From Ylistrum balloti (taxonomy: Eukaryota): a stretch of DNA of 64,000 nt. The stretch is from the NCBI RefSeq assembly GCF_031769215.1, contig NW_026781894.1, forward strand, positions 310,001 to 374,000. Direction: 5' to 3'. The position numbers were made by a program, and so were the translations under genes. Under the pieces are notes generated by a model. It made no database searches. It was given only the letters and a program-made list of their open reading frames with translations, and had not been told where the DNA came from. Positions within the stretch are counted from its first letter, which is position 1, and each line of letters begins with the position of its first letter. Shown here piece after piece: positions 11,435 to 25,200 of this stretch.

Positions 11435-14400
11435 ATGACGTCAAAAGGACATTTAAACTTAGCTATTAATTTTATTTTCATATTCGGTACTTCTTATCTC
11501 GCTCATGCATTTAAGTTTTCTTATCTCCAAACCGAAAGAACGCGTTAACCTTCCAAATCAACTCGTACTAGACAATTAACCATCAGACCAATATGAGAAA
11601 TTATCAATCATCAAATAACAAATACCTAGTAAGCGACAGTAAAGAAATGAATTAAATTTGAATTTTGAATTAAAGATTTGAAATCTTCATACTTTATCAA
11701 AGTTATTCAGACACATGCTGTCTTAATAGTAAAATTCCATAAGCAATTCCATAACATTCAGATAGTGCTGGTAAAGGTAAGGGAGGCAACCTTTAAATAT
11801 CTTACTTACCCAATACAGTGTGATATTTAATCCTAGTGACTGCGGACTGTCCTGATGGTTTCGTCGCCCATGATACATCCTGCTACCTTTTCTCCATCCT
11901 GCGGGTTTCCTGGATTCAAGCAATGGTAACATGGTCGAACTACAGTATCGCAAGCAAAACATGGATTCTGGTTTTCTAAAACTCAGTAGTTGACAGTGTA
12001 CTTCTATTCTGTTAAAAATATATATTTGTTAAGTTAAATGCTATTTTTCCAGATTGAAAAAGATAGCAATAAGAATATACATGTCTTCAAAAAATCAGTC
12101 TTATTTGACATTTATAGCTGTTATGAATGACAGAAGAAAAGATCATATTGTGAGAAAGCAATATGGTATGTTTGTCACCACATCAGTTCATATAACGATT
12201 ATAAAATCCTACTACAATAAAATATTGTTATATTTACGTGTTTAACAGTTTTTCTATTTGTTTCTATACATTAATTTAAATTAAAACTGAAATGATTTCT
12301 TAATATCCGGCTGCACGATTAATCGTGTTCTACGGCTATTTTAATCGTGTGTCATTGCCGTTACTATGACTACAGTTTTGACGTCATGTTGGTCACACGA
12401 GTAATTGTATTTACATTAGTGTTCGGTATTATAAAGAATATGTTATTCAGATGTTGATATTCTGAAGGGAATTCGTTATGGACATCATCTGGTAATTAAC
12501 AGAAAATATGTGCCGTACATGGGGGTGAGCTAGCAACGGTAGAGAGTGCAGAAGAAGAACTGTTTCTAGAGTCTTACCTAAAAACCACCTGGGTCAGTTG
12601 TAAGTCATTTTCATCCATCAAAACCTTCTGTTGTAATAGGGAAACACAAAAAATCTTTTGCCGGTTATGTTTTCAACATAACATACTACCATACGTCGAT
12701 TGTCAGCACGATATAAATTTGGATTTCGTATTAATATCAGTGCTTGACATGACCATGATCATTTTGTTTGTTACCGCCATGATAAACATTCATCTCTTCA
12801 TATTTTAATCGGAAATATCATTGCAATGTACACAACGTAAGTTGCGTTTAGTTGCAACTCTTCTCTGTTAAACATAAACAGTCAGCCTTTTTAATAGCAA
12901 TTATTCCTTTGTTTCAGACAATCATACAGATGGAATTTGGCTTGGGGGAACAGATCTGTTAGTTGAAAACGAGTGGATGTGGGCAGTGTCCAAGGAACCG
13001 ATTACTGATTACGTCCGTTGGGCTCCAGGAGAGCCAAACTCTATAAATCGACACGGGGAGGACTGCTTGGATTTTCTGCCACACAAAAGCTTCCTGTGGA
13101 ATGATGAAAACTGTGCGTCACAACTCAACTTCGTTTGCGAACGCAGGTAAGACCTCACATGTGTTTCTTTCTCAAACACGTCTCAAATACTTGTGCTTGT
13201 CGCCGGTATGGTAAAGGTTTATAATGAATTATTGTTCTGCAGTCAACATGTGGTAGCAGTTTTCTAGAAATGTACTTTGTCTCATCTTTAATCGCACTTG
13301 ATATCAATGAAAATGATGGATGAAATGAACCTTCAATTCAGGTATGATAAAAACAGCTATTTTCCTCATGAAGATCATCAAATTATGTTCAGAGTCATAA
13401 AGCCGACTCTATCGTTAGCGAAATCTAATAAGGTAACATACAAATGGTACATCTTCTATTTGTTTATCTATTCAAGGTGTATCTATTTTTTATGTAAAAA
13501 ATCTTTCATGGAATTATAGTTCTGTACTCCTATGAATGTCCTAATATTGGCACACTATCACGCTTTCCATACTTTTTTAACTACATTATGAGGAATTTTA
13601 GACGTACAACCAACATTTTATATACAAATGATATGGGCACTTTGACCTAATGGACATATTCAAACCCGTCTCGAGAATGTCAATAAAGTTGGCTTCCATC
13701 CCGGAGCGGGGGCGAGTAAAACAAGTTACAGGGTCCCACAACAAACTGAGACACGTCAAAATGGTTGGGAAGAAAACCAAGAAGAAATATCTTGGATAAA
13801 TGAATAGAACTAATTTTTATACTTATAAAAGCATTATATTGTTTTATCCTGCGACTGACACTGCCAGTTTCGGAATACACCTGCCTCATATGTTTTAGAT
13901 GTATTCGGCAGTGACGGAAATCAACTGTTTTTTAGCACGTGTGGTAATTCGACAGAGTTACTCCGTGAATTCACTTAATATTATGTTTAGAAATACAAAT
14001 AGTTATCAAAATAAAAGATTTTAAATGGTGTGATGAAAAAGTTGATATATGAAAATTTATCAAATCGTTGTTATATGCTATGACGTTTGGAACCATGTTT
14101 CCGCGCGGAGAAATGTATTTTGGCGTCCGTCATCAGGAAAAATTAAGCGTAACGTCAATGTTAGGTAAACACATATTGAACAGCAAAACTGTTTAAATTT
14201 CAATAGTCTGATTTTCAATTAATGTTGCAGGATAAATAGAATACATGGTCAGTGTCTTAAAATATAAGCTGCATGTAGGTTTGGAACAGAAATACCAAAT
14301 ACAGCTAATACTTTAACACACTGACCATGTATTCTCTATTTTGTATGTCATATTTATGTACATTTTGACAACCGAAAAGCCTTCCTTCAGTTTTGCTACA

Positions 14401-14475
14401 GTCGTAAGTAACCACTGTTATGAATTTTGTTTCAGTCTGGTGGATGGGTACGTACCGCCCAGTATATTAGGGTAA
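11435..14475 (+). CDS. Perlucin-like secreted C-type lectin B, 168 aa, 5 exons: join(11435..11486,11837..11925,12503..12599,12918..13146,14436..14475)
   Basis: Spliced frame MTSKGHLNLAINFIFIFVTA-DCPDGF..SCYLFS..SWIQAMKICAVHGGELATVES..IWLGGTDLLVENEWMW..WAPGEPNS..EDC..WNDENCASQLNFVCE..PSILG*. Six cysteines, EPN and WND motifs. GT-AG introns with phases 1,0,1,2; 507 nt total. Exon 1 is the least certain. Confidence 0.9.
13843..14229 (+). repeat. Dispersed repeat copy B in lectin B intron 4 (homologous to 10241-10601)
   Basis: Same colinear blocks as copy A, plus an insertion of roughly 30 bp. Confidence 0.85.
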
Positions 14476-16277
14476 CTGGATTACCATATCGTCTCCAAAC
14501 ACCTATATCAAGAAGTGCAAAATACAAGTCAATGTGTCAAAGGTCTTTAAACAATCACATTTCGTTTTACTGGTAAATGTAAATCTCTAACGTTGTTTTG
14601 TTTTTAATGATTGGTATCGGAAGAATTTCGAAAGAGATTCTCAACCATATTACGACATTTTGGGCCTGGGATTCTTTTCTGTCTATTGGCGTTGCAGTGT
14701 CACTCTTTGCAAATTCCTTGTTAATCTTCTATTTTGTTATAAGACCAGGTCATGTCAATATTATGACAATGCAATGTCACACTCATAGTAACATATATGG
14801 ACATCTTCAGCGATATGGTCTTGTGACGGTGAGACTGAAGTCTATAACAGCAAGATACTATTGACATGTAAATACAATCTTAATTCAAAATCATTAAAAC
14901 AAGTGGGCAAAAATATGAACACAATAAAAAATTGTCCTCAAACTCGTGAATCTGGGTCCATGCCTGAAGAAAATGTTAATACATAATAAATGTCTTTTCA
15001 TAAAAATGAACAAGAGTCGATCAAAAGACCAAGTAAGGTATGTTTTGTCGATCTTTAAAACAAGAGATTTCACTCAAACGTTTGATAAATATACAGCTTT
15101 TAAATATTGAAATCTCAATTCTGGGTGAAAAAGAGAATATGATGGATTTCCCAATTAGTGATGATTCCCTCAATTGTTTCTTGCTGGAAACGTTACTTTA
15201 TAAATATATATACCTGAAAAAACATTGTTGCTTTACAATTTAGTCTATCCAATGAAAAGTAAGATAAATTCTTCTTTGTTATACAGTCATTAACATATGT
15301 CAGACGGTGGGATATACAGTTTAGTGGAATTAATGTAAGACAAATACACAGTGAATAGCACTGATAATTAATGGTATATCTATCGTAAAAATTGCATGAA
15401 AATAAGATATCTATCGTTCCATAAATGTTTATTGTATGCATTAAATGAAATAATAATGGCCATAACTAAACTATTTTCTAGTAAGTTAGTCTCTTAAACG
15501 ACAAATCCAAACATATAGATGTGCCATTATAAATATGAATTCATGTTCTTATACTTCCTTTAAATTCCATGAGTTTTTATTGCAAACTTGGAGATTTTGA
15601 TGATGGGTGAATAACATAAAAGCAAAATTGCCGCCTTGCGGTAAGTTCTCATTACGAAAAAGACATTGATTATCATATATTGACCCGAGAATATTCTAAA
15701 GCATACTTAGAATGGTCCTATTCATAAATCAACCGGAGTCAGACTGTTAGCTAACTATGCTGATCTTTAATGATCTGACATACACAGCAGCACAAAATTC
15801 TATTCCTAAAATGTCTCACAGACCACGCACATCTTTACCACATGCATGGCACTATAATCTGAATAACGACACAGCTTATAAATAAACTAGAAACAAGTTT
15901 CCTGTTATGCTGGCAGGTGTAACATGTTTTCATATCAGCTTTCGTTCTTGCACCTCAACTTGAAATGTCCACATCCAATACTTAATGAAACACGCTAGAA
16001 TATAGCATTGCTATAGTATTTTTGCTTTGTGCTTCATATTGCAGAAAGTTTCTTCTCTTCATTGTAACTTTAAGGTTCATTAGTGTCGGTATAACAAACG
16101 GCAGTCGTGATAGGGGGTTTTACATGATCATATGTTGTATCAGATTTTTTTTAAAGATGGCTTCACATCCTTTAAGCGCCTATTTAATTCTGGACTCCAC
16201 CATATTTTTATTGAGAAACAAAGCCACAAGTCATTCAATACTTCCATGTTGCTAATCCAATCGTTTTGTCAGGATTA

Positions 16278-19200
16278 TCAATCGATAGGAACACAGACCA
16301 GTGTATAAGGACGTGGACAGCGATAGGCTCCGTCTTCCGCTTCCGTCGATGGCACTCTGTTAACTTCCGGGTTCAGTTTGAATTTTCTTAATATACTGGC
16401 AAATAATACGTACAATGTTTTGTCAGCTTGTGCAGAGAAAGGGCAACATCTGGATCCTGAAAGAAGAACAAAATATCATAACGAAAAAGACCATCCCATC
16501 TCGTATTTCGGAACATTTTTACAAGCTGGTAATGTCAATAGAATATGATATATCATAACACAACCATTAGAAGATTTAAATGTGACGTTTCAATGACTAC
16601 AAGATTAGCTTCATCAAACAAAGGGTCCATTGTGAAGAGTACCAGCATTGACCCACGTAGTGTGCGAGAAGGTAAGGAACTGACCATTAATGCGTAGCCG
16701 AATTGACTACAGTACATTTTTACTATCGTGTGTATTGTTTGGTCTATAATCTGTTTACCATCTCGTCGCACTATTTTTGACCTTAATCGTACATAGGATT
16801 ATAGTACAGCCTAAAACGTTGGTCATGTGACACTTAAATCTTCTACTGGTTGTGTTATAAGAACTTGTATTATATTACATCTCATTTTGATTTCTGCTCC
16901 GTAAAACAGAATACGCAATACGCTCTTGTCTTCATACATAAAAAATCAGCAGACGGTTTACACACAATATTCTTGTTTTGGTTAGTTGTTTACTGACTGC
17001 TTGTAACGGAGATCTAATGTTAGAATGCTGTACGACAAAAAATTATAAAGAGATTGTCGAATATTCGGCTGAAAGATCAAAACCATTTCAAGGTATTGTG
17101 TGACCTTATGGTCGGTTAGTATAACATAAAACATTTAGATGTAGTAGAAATGTCATATTTAACTGGGTATTGAAGAGTTCATGTGAGGTTTATTTTGTAT
17201 TACCAAGGCCATAGGGAAAGAAGTCGTCATGGTTGGTGAGTTGACTGTTAGAATCTAAGAAGTGTTCCGGTCGGAACTCCGTCGGCCGTTTCCAGTAAGA
17301 TGTGTCCATGTGCGACGAATAGAGATGAAATAGAACCATATATCCACTGGGTATTTTGTACCCTCCCAATTCTACGTCCTCGTTAGTGGTGTGAGGAATA
17401 CTGAGGGGTACTGCCAAATACAGATCAATGTTAATCACATAATGATATATCTGCTGTACAGTATACACTTCTACTTGTCTGTTAACACATTTTTCATTTT
17501 TTCTGTTTTATTGACACATCTGAACTGGTCTGTATGATACAGCAATATGATATTTTTATTACTTATACAAGTAAACGTCAATGCAATCTGACAAAATCTT
17601 ATACCACGTCAACACAAAATCTAAAACGAGATCTGATAGGTCCAATAAAAACGCATGGATATACATGATGACGTATCAAATCTAGGAAAATATGTAGGTA
17701 ATGAGCTGAGACAGCATCAAGTCTTTAATAGTACTGGAAACAAGACAGAGCAATTTTTGTAATGGAAAATATTACTATCTTTCTGTATTCGAAGAAACAT
17801 TTGTTCTGAAATGCCTTGAAGTAGCGTTATTGTTTCCGGAGCATTTGTAAAAACCTACAGACGTTGCTGATGCGTTGAACCTCTCGAAGTGTCGCCATGA
17901 CGAATGGAACCTGGTCGCGATCCTCCCATGTCAGATCTCGGGTTTTAGACACCTGTTTATAAACATCAAAATGAAAACATGACAGGACCTAACATTTCAC
18001 AATTGACATAATAATTCATGTTAATTTGTATGGCGTTCGATATTAGAAAACATATCAAGGAAATCCATAAAACTGTACCAAAAGGACATGCAGTGATTAA
18101 CACCACTAGGTTATATGTATATTGAAGAGTGGGTGATATTGCATCACCCAATTGGTTCTTCTTTTACTCTTCAAGAAATTCGAACGAAAGGAAATCATTA
18201 TAGATTGTTAAAACAAATGAAAAATAGAAAAAAATAGTTTATTGAAATGCAAGAATACTAACTATACATCTGTATATGTAATATGTAGCTATGGTAGATT
18301 ATATCACCTGATGAACAATCGGAAGTTAACAAAGAAATAGGTGAAATAACATTGAAAGGCAATAACACTTGGCATTGTCTGTTTGTATTATTTTATTATG
18401 TACAAACATATAGGATTTCGTTATATCTTTTGGGATCCAACTAGTATTACATCAAAGGGTGTCCGTTGTATGTTTTCGATAGAAATAGAAAGGTTGGTAT
18501 CATTTTGTGTAAAACATGTTTATATCTGAATACAGATGCCTAAGTGAATATAAAGATAGTATCTGTTCATGTCTCAAATACCTTGTGAATATCATGCCTG
18601 CACATCGTCTGTACTTCTGGATAGCGAACCATGTATAAAAGTGACCAAAGAAGAGTGTTAACCGTCGGCTCCAGCCCTCCAACCATCACGTCCACCAATG
18701 TCTGTATTAGGGTGTCGTCTAGTGATGAAAGTTGAAGAATGATGAACATGTAATTTTTTTTGTGATTGAAATTAAACTACATTTAACATCTAACGACTTT
18801 AGTCAAAGGAAATTAGAATAGGAATCTTCAAACAAGGCTTTATGACTTTCATAATTTTATGTGAATATACATTTCTTTTCAGTCTGAATTGTCAGCTTTT
18901 TAACAGTCTAAAACGTTTGTTCATAGCACAAGCCACGTAGTGTTATTAGGTAGGTATGCGATAAATTGTTGACTTTAGTTAACATTTTTATGTACCATTC
19001 TGTCGTATGTCCTTTTTTCAGATATTTTTTCCAGGCTATGGATGGTGTCAAACTTTACAATTACATCGGATTTTGTTTCTTAGAATTAGAATTGGTATCG
19101 ATTACAGCATCAAAGTTAGTGAGTCCTTCATAGAAAAGAAACACAGATCGAAGCCTCGTTTTACAGTTTTAATAACAATTCATTGGTAAAGAGTTTTGAA

Positions 19201-22200
19201 AATCCCCCGATAACCCAACGGGATTGAAAGTAAATAAAAGGACCTGTACCAGATAGGATAGGGTCTCCTTTGCGATCAAGATTCGATTTTAGCCAGAAAT
19301 CAACGAAATGACGTAGGTCCGTAGCCATGAAAGTATCCTTCTCCTTGACCAACGCTTTAGCCAGGAACGATTTCAGCTGGACATTGGAGGCCGTCATAGA
19401 GTGTAACTGGCGAAAAGCAAATACATTAACGCGTATATTTATTAATGAATCAAGGCCGAACTCCACATTTAAAAAAACTAATGATATTGTGAAAGTGAAA
19501 TTTGATTTGAAATATTGATTATCAAACATGATTTCACAGTAAGAAAAAAAAAAAAGGCTTTGCATTCACATATCATCTGATGAATGATTTATGAAACTAC
19601 GATTATTGAGGACAAAACAGGTACTTTGTGCCCTCAGAATGTGGTTTGGCACTGAAATTCAATGATTATGGTTAAACTTACGTTAGAGGAGGACATAAAC
19701 AGGCTGGCCAGTGGAAGATAATTGTGGGGTAGCTTTAAAGGCGAAATGTTGCATACAGACTTCAAAGAATTGAGTAACCCCCTTCCTTCCTCCTTATCAG
19801 TGTCAAATCTCAAAAGAAAAGAAAAACATTTAAATATACAAAGCAAACCCCCTTTATATAATCCCATGCAATACTATTCTTGTTTCTACAGTATCGTTGT
19901 GTTTGTTTATTTCGAGCCCAATGCTCCGAAACAATGAAACAACCCACTACTAAGTCTAACATGAGCAGAAACAGAATGACATGTATGATAGCAGTCTCTG
20001 GCAAGGCATTATCACTTCATGGAGTTTAAAAAATAACTATTTTCGTGCGAACAATGAACAGAGACAGATAGACAGATAAAGCGTAGATAACTATTAGCGA
20101 ATTCCACTGAACAAGAAGGCAACACACAACGGCATTCTAATATGCTGCATGATAATTACGGAATCCAAGGTTTAGGACGGACTTCAACTGCAGCTGCCGG
20201 GTGACCCGTTACTTGAGGCTTCTACTGTAGCATTTATATTGATTTTAATAATCATTATCATAACTGACATCGAATTATTCACGGATATGTTAAACTTCAA
20301 ACTACTGTAAACTTTTTACATTTTGTTAGGCAGATTTTTTATCACACAGTTATTCAACGTATTCGGGAAATGCGACAAAATACATGTATAGACATGTACG
20401 TAAAGGGAGGTTAGTTTGTTTGTCAAGACAACAAAAGGAAAAAAAATCAAATCTGAATTGTTTTCATAGACGGAAGCCATTTTATAAAGAGGTAGACTCA
20501 ATGAGAATGGACAGTTGCCATACAGACCTGTATAGACAGGTGACCTGGAAGGCGAATACATAACTTATAAAACAGTTTAAGACGGGGATGGTGAATATAG
20601 ACAGTTAGATGCGTTAACATTACCTATAGGCCGATGAACTCAAAGACACTACGGTTAGATATCTCAGGTACATACTTTACCAAAAGATGTTAAGAACAAA
20701 CGTATCATAAAAAAGAAAGACAAAAATCGTCTCGTGGATTCTTCTTATACAAATGGCCACTATGGACAAATGGGCTCGTAGAAACTTCATGTACAAATGG
20801 AAAAATAATGTTTTGCAGGCAGTTGATATGCCAATTGACACTTTAGATAGGATGTCTCTTTATACATTAGTGGACACTCCTGATAGATAACCTCGTTCAC
20901 ATTTCTTATATAATCGAACATTTTGGATAGATGGTTTAGTAGACATTTCCTATACAAATGAACGCATAAGACAGGTCGTCTTGTAAATAAATCTTATTCA
21001 AATGGACACTTTTGACATCTCGTAGACACTAAAACAAACTGAGACTTCAGAACGCTGGTCTCATAGAGAGAAATCGATACTTTAATAAGATTATCTCGTA
21101 GACATTTCATTAACAATTGGAAATTTTAGCCATTGCTTTCGTTCACGCTTCATATAAAGAAGGACACTGGCGGATGGTCTTGTAGACACATACAAATGTA
21201 TCATTTAAACATATTGTCTCGTAGATACGCCTTTAGACAGATGATCTCAGAGACACATACAAATGTACCATTTAAACAAATGGTCTCGTAGATACGCCTT
21301 TAGAAAGATGATCTCGGAGACACATAAAAATGTACCATTTAAACAATGGTCTCGAAGATACGCCTTTAGACAGATGATCTCGGAGACATACAAATGTACC
21401 ATTTAAACAAATGGTCTCGTAGTTACGCCTTTAGACAGATGATCTCGGAGACACATACAAATGTACCATTTAAACAATGGTCTCGTAGTTACGCCTTTAG
21501 ACAGATGATCTCGGAGACACATACAAATGTACCATTTAAACAATGGTCTCGAAGATACGCCTGTAGACAGATGCTCTCGGAGACACATACAAATATACTC
21601 GTTTAAGCAATGGTCTCGTAGTTACGCCTTTAGACAGATGCTCTCGGAGACACATACAAATATACTCGTTTAAGCAATGGTCTCGTAGTTACGCCTTTAG
21701 ACAGATGATCTCGGAGACACAATCAAATGTACCATTTAAACAATGGTCTCGAAGATACGCCTGTAGACAGATGCTCTCGGAGACACATACAAATGTACCA
21801 TTTAAACAAATGGTCTCGTAGTTACGCCTTTAGACAGATGGTATTATAGACATTTCGAGTAAAAATGAACACTTAAGTAGATGGTCTCATCGTCACTCCA
21901 TTAGACAAATAAACATTTTATACATAATTTCGAACACAAACACTTGGACACATGAAATAAACGCAGATGACCTCATAGCTATTTATAAACAAATGGACAA
22001 ATATTTCGTAGACTCTTCATATGTAAATAGACACTTTAATCAGACGGTGTCGTAGATACTTCTTTGAGGCAGATAACGTCACAGAATTTTTTATAGACAT
22101 GCATACCGTAGACAAAATTATTCGTCGACACTTTATATACAAGTTAACATTTTAAACAGAGTATCTCGCGGAAACAAATAAGCACTTCATATACGGCATT

Positions 22201-25200
22201 TAAGGTCACTTTTAGACAGATGGTGTCTTGTTAATCGGTGTCCTCTTGGACATTTGACGGCATTACAGACACTTTATAAAAATGTCTTATGTTGTAAATG
22301 TGATCTAAACTGATGTGATAGGCACTCTATGTATATGTATTATACACATCTTAACACACATTCAAATAGATATACATGTTTGATGGAGAATACACATATG
22401 TACCTGGTCTGTTCTCTATCCTGATAGTCGGAGTGTCTTGTGTGGACGGTTATTAGTAATACAAGACGATGTAACATGTTCTGTTTGAAGCATGCAAGAT
22501 AACAGCATCTTCCAAATAAATGTCACAGCTATTATTATCACGTGCTTGTTACCTGGTTAGTGTTAACCCCTTTGTTTACCATGACAACGCATTTTTTTAA
22601 AAAAAGATATGCTGGGCTTTATGTGATAATCTGTTTGCTTTCCTCACAAGCTTCAAACACCACCACATATTCTATCTAAGTAATTCGAATATCCTACAGC
22701 TGATCAACAATAACAAGTTACCAACATGTCAACATAATCATAATCCAAACCCAAACAGCTTCGTTGGCAAAAATATGAACAAAAGAAATGTCAACCAGGG
22801 GACTCATGAAAAAGGACAAGGTGTTCCAGAAAAGAAAGCGTCTTTTGCTTCAACGCTGACACCCGCCATTAAAACCCTTGTCAGTCAAAGTAAGTTATGT
22901 CACGTTTACAAATAAGAGCAAACTATTCAAAAACGGGATCATTAGGGAAACTGAGGAGCATCAAACACAGAATCATTTCGCGCATAGAAATGGATATATT
23001 CAGAACTGTTATTAAAACCATTGGNNNNNNNNNNNNNNNNNNNNNNNNNNNNNNNNNNNNNNNNNNNNNNNNNNNNNNNNNNNNNNNNNNNNNNNNNNNN
23101 NNNNNNNNNNNNNNNNNNNNNNNNNNNNNNNNNNNNNNNNNNNNNNNNNNNNNNNNNNNNNNNNNNNNNNNNNNNNNNNNNNNNNNNNNNNNATCTACTG
23201 TACTTGTGTGTATGCATTTTTGTCTTAATTTTTCATTACGGTGCGTTGCCAGGTAACATCTTTTCAAATAACCATGTTACTTGTATGTTTCACTCCATAT
23301 GTCTGAGGGATTCTATAGCACAGATCTTTAGAACTTGTATGTTTTGATAAATACATATCATTGATTACGCTCATAGTATAGATGATAACATGCCGTCTTA
23401 CCTTTGACCTAACAGAAATCCACACAAGATGTTGAGGACAGCTTTGGTGAGGATAGCCCTAGGGTTGAGTGGAATGCATTTCTCCGCGTATAATTCAGTG
23501 GCAAGGTTCTTGGCCTCTTCATGAATAACATCCTCAAAGCCACCTCGTCCAAGCCACGGGTGTCTCACAGACATATCGATAAGATTGTGAACTTTGGTCC
23601 ATTGGTCACCGTCACTCCACAACAATCCTAAACGTTAACCAGGAATAACAAAACATGTTATCGTCACTCCATTGCAACCCTAAACGTTAACCAAAAATAT
23701 TAACATGATCAGCCTAATTAACATTATTGTCAACTTCATTCCATAGCAACCTTACTGGTGAAATAATACAATGTTGTTTACTGGTAAAGTAATACAGAGT
23801 TGTTTACTTGTGAAGTAATACAATGTTTTTTTTCTGTTGAAATAATACAATGTTGTTTATTGGTGAAGTAATACAATGTTGTTTACTGTTGAAGTAAAGC
23901 AATGGTGTTTGCTGTTGAAGTGGTACAATTTTGTTTACTGGTGAAGTAATACAATGTTGTTTACTTGTGAAGTAATACAAAGTTGTTTGTTGTTGAAGTA
24001 AAGCAATGGTGTTTACTTGTGAAGTAATACAATGTTGTTTACTGGTGAAGTAATACAATGTTGTTTATTGGTGAAGTAATACAATGTTGTTTACTGTTGA
24101 AGTGATACAATGTTGTTTAGTGTTGAAGTAAAGCAATGGTGTTTGATGTTGAAGTGGTACAATTTTGTTTGCTGGTGAAGTAATACAATGTTGTTTACTT
24201 GTGAAGTAATACAATGTTGTTTACTTGTGAAGTAATACAATGTTGTTTACTGTTGAAGTGATACAAAGCTGTTTACTGATGACATAATGGAATATAGTTT
24301 ACTGGTGACGAAATACAACGTTGTTTACTGGTGAAGTAATACAAAGTTGTTTGTTGTTGAAGTGGTACAATTTTGTTTGCTGGTGAAGTAATACAATGTT
24401 GTTTACTGGTGAAGTAATACAATGTTTTTTACTGTTGAAATAATACAATGTTGTTTACTTGTGAAGTAATACAATGTTGTTTACTGTTGAAGTGATACAA
24501 TGCTGTTTACTGATGACATAATGAAATATAGTTTACTGGTGACGAAATACAACGTTGTTTACTGGTGAAGTAATACAAAGTTGTTTGTTATTGAAGTGGT
24601 ACAATTTTGTTTGCTGGTGAAGTAATACAATGTTGTTTACTTGTGAAGTAATACAATGTTGTTTACTTGTGAAGTAATACAATGTTGTTTACTGTTGAAG
24701 TGATACAATGCTGTTTACTGATGACATAATGAAATATAGTTTACTGGTGACGAAATACAACGTTATTTACTGGTGAAGTAATACAAAGTTGTTTGTTGTT
24801 GAAGTGGTACAATTTTGTTTGCTGGTGAAGTAATACAATGTTGTTTACTGGTGAAGTAATACAATGTTGCTTACTGCTGAAATGATACAAAGTTGTTTTC
24901 TAGTGAAGTAAGACAATGCTGTGTACTTGTTAATTAATATAATACTATATTTTATTATCAATATATAATCATGTTCATCGCTGTTCGTAACAGCTATTAG
25001 ATTTAAACAGTATGATCACCGTTAATCCATAGTAACCTTGTGCCTGTCTTTCTGAAACTTTTGAGATTTTATATCTTACAGAATCTCCATAGAATATAAA
25101 CGTTAAATTCTGTATATATAATTACATATGAAATATCACAAACAATATTGTTCGTTTTGTTGGTGTTGTATCAAAAGGACTGGCACAATAGGTTGTTCCA

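Noticed and set aside
19810-20004. Signal-peptide-like ORF (PETAIIHVILFLLMLDLVVG) in P450 intron 2
   Set aside because: It starts at TTG with stops immediately upstream, shows no splice context, and runs into the exon 3 polypyrimidine tract.
21394-21606. ORFs 21394..21606, 21403..21588, 23804..24058, 31930..32172, 32005..32205, 58787..59005, 59101..59337 and 59122..59307
   Set aside because: These are translations of tandem or palindromic repeats, with peptide periods matching the DNA unit (22 aa = 66 bp, 26 aa = 3x26 bp, 11 aa = 33 bp).
23025-23192. A missing P450 exon hidden in the gap
   Set aside because: Exon 2 (ends ..CAA AG) joins exon 3 (A TTT GAC) in phase to give GQRFD, and the 502-aa total is normal for a microsomal P450.
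22897-23347. Four ORFs spanning the N-run
   Set aside because: They are open only because N codons are not read as stops.
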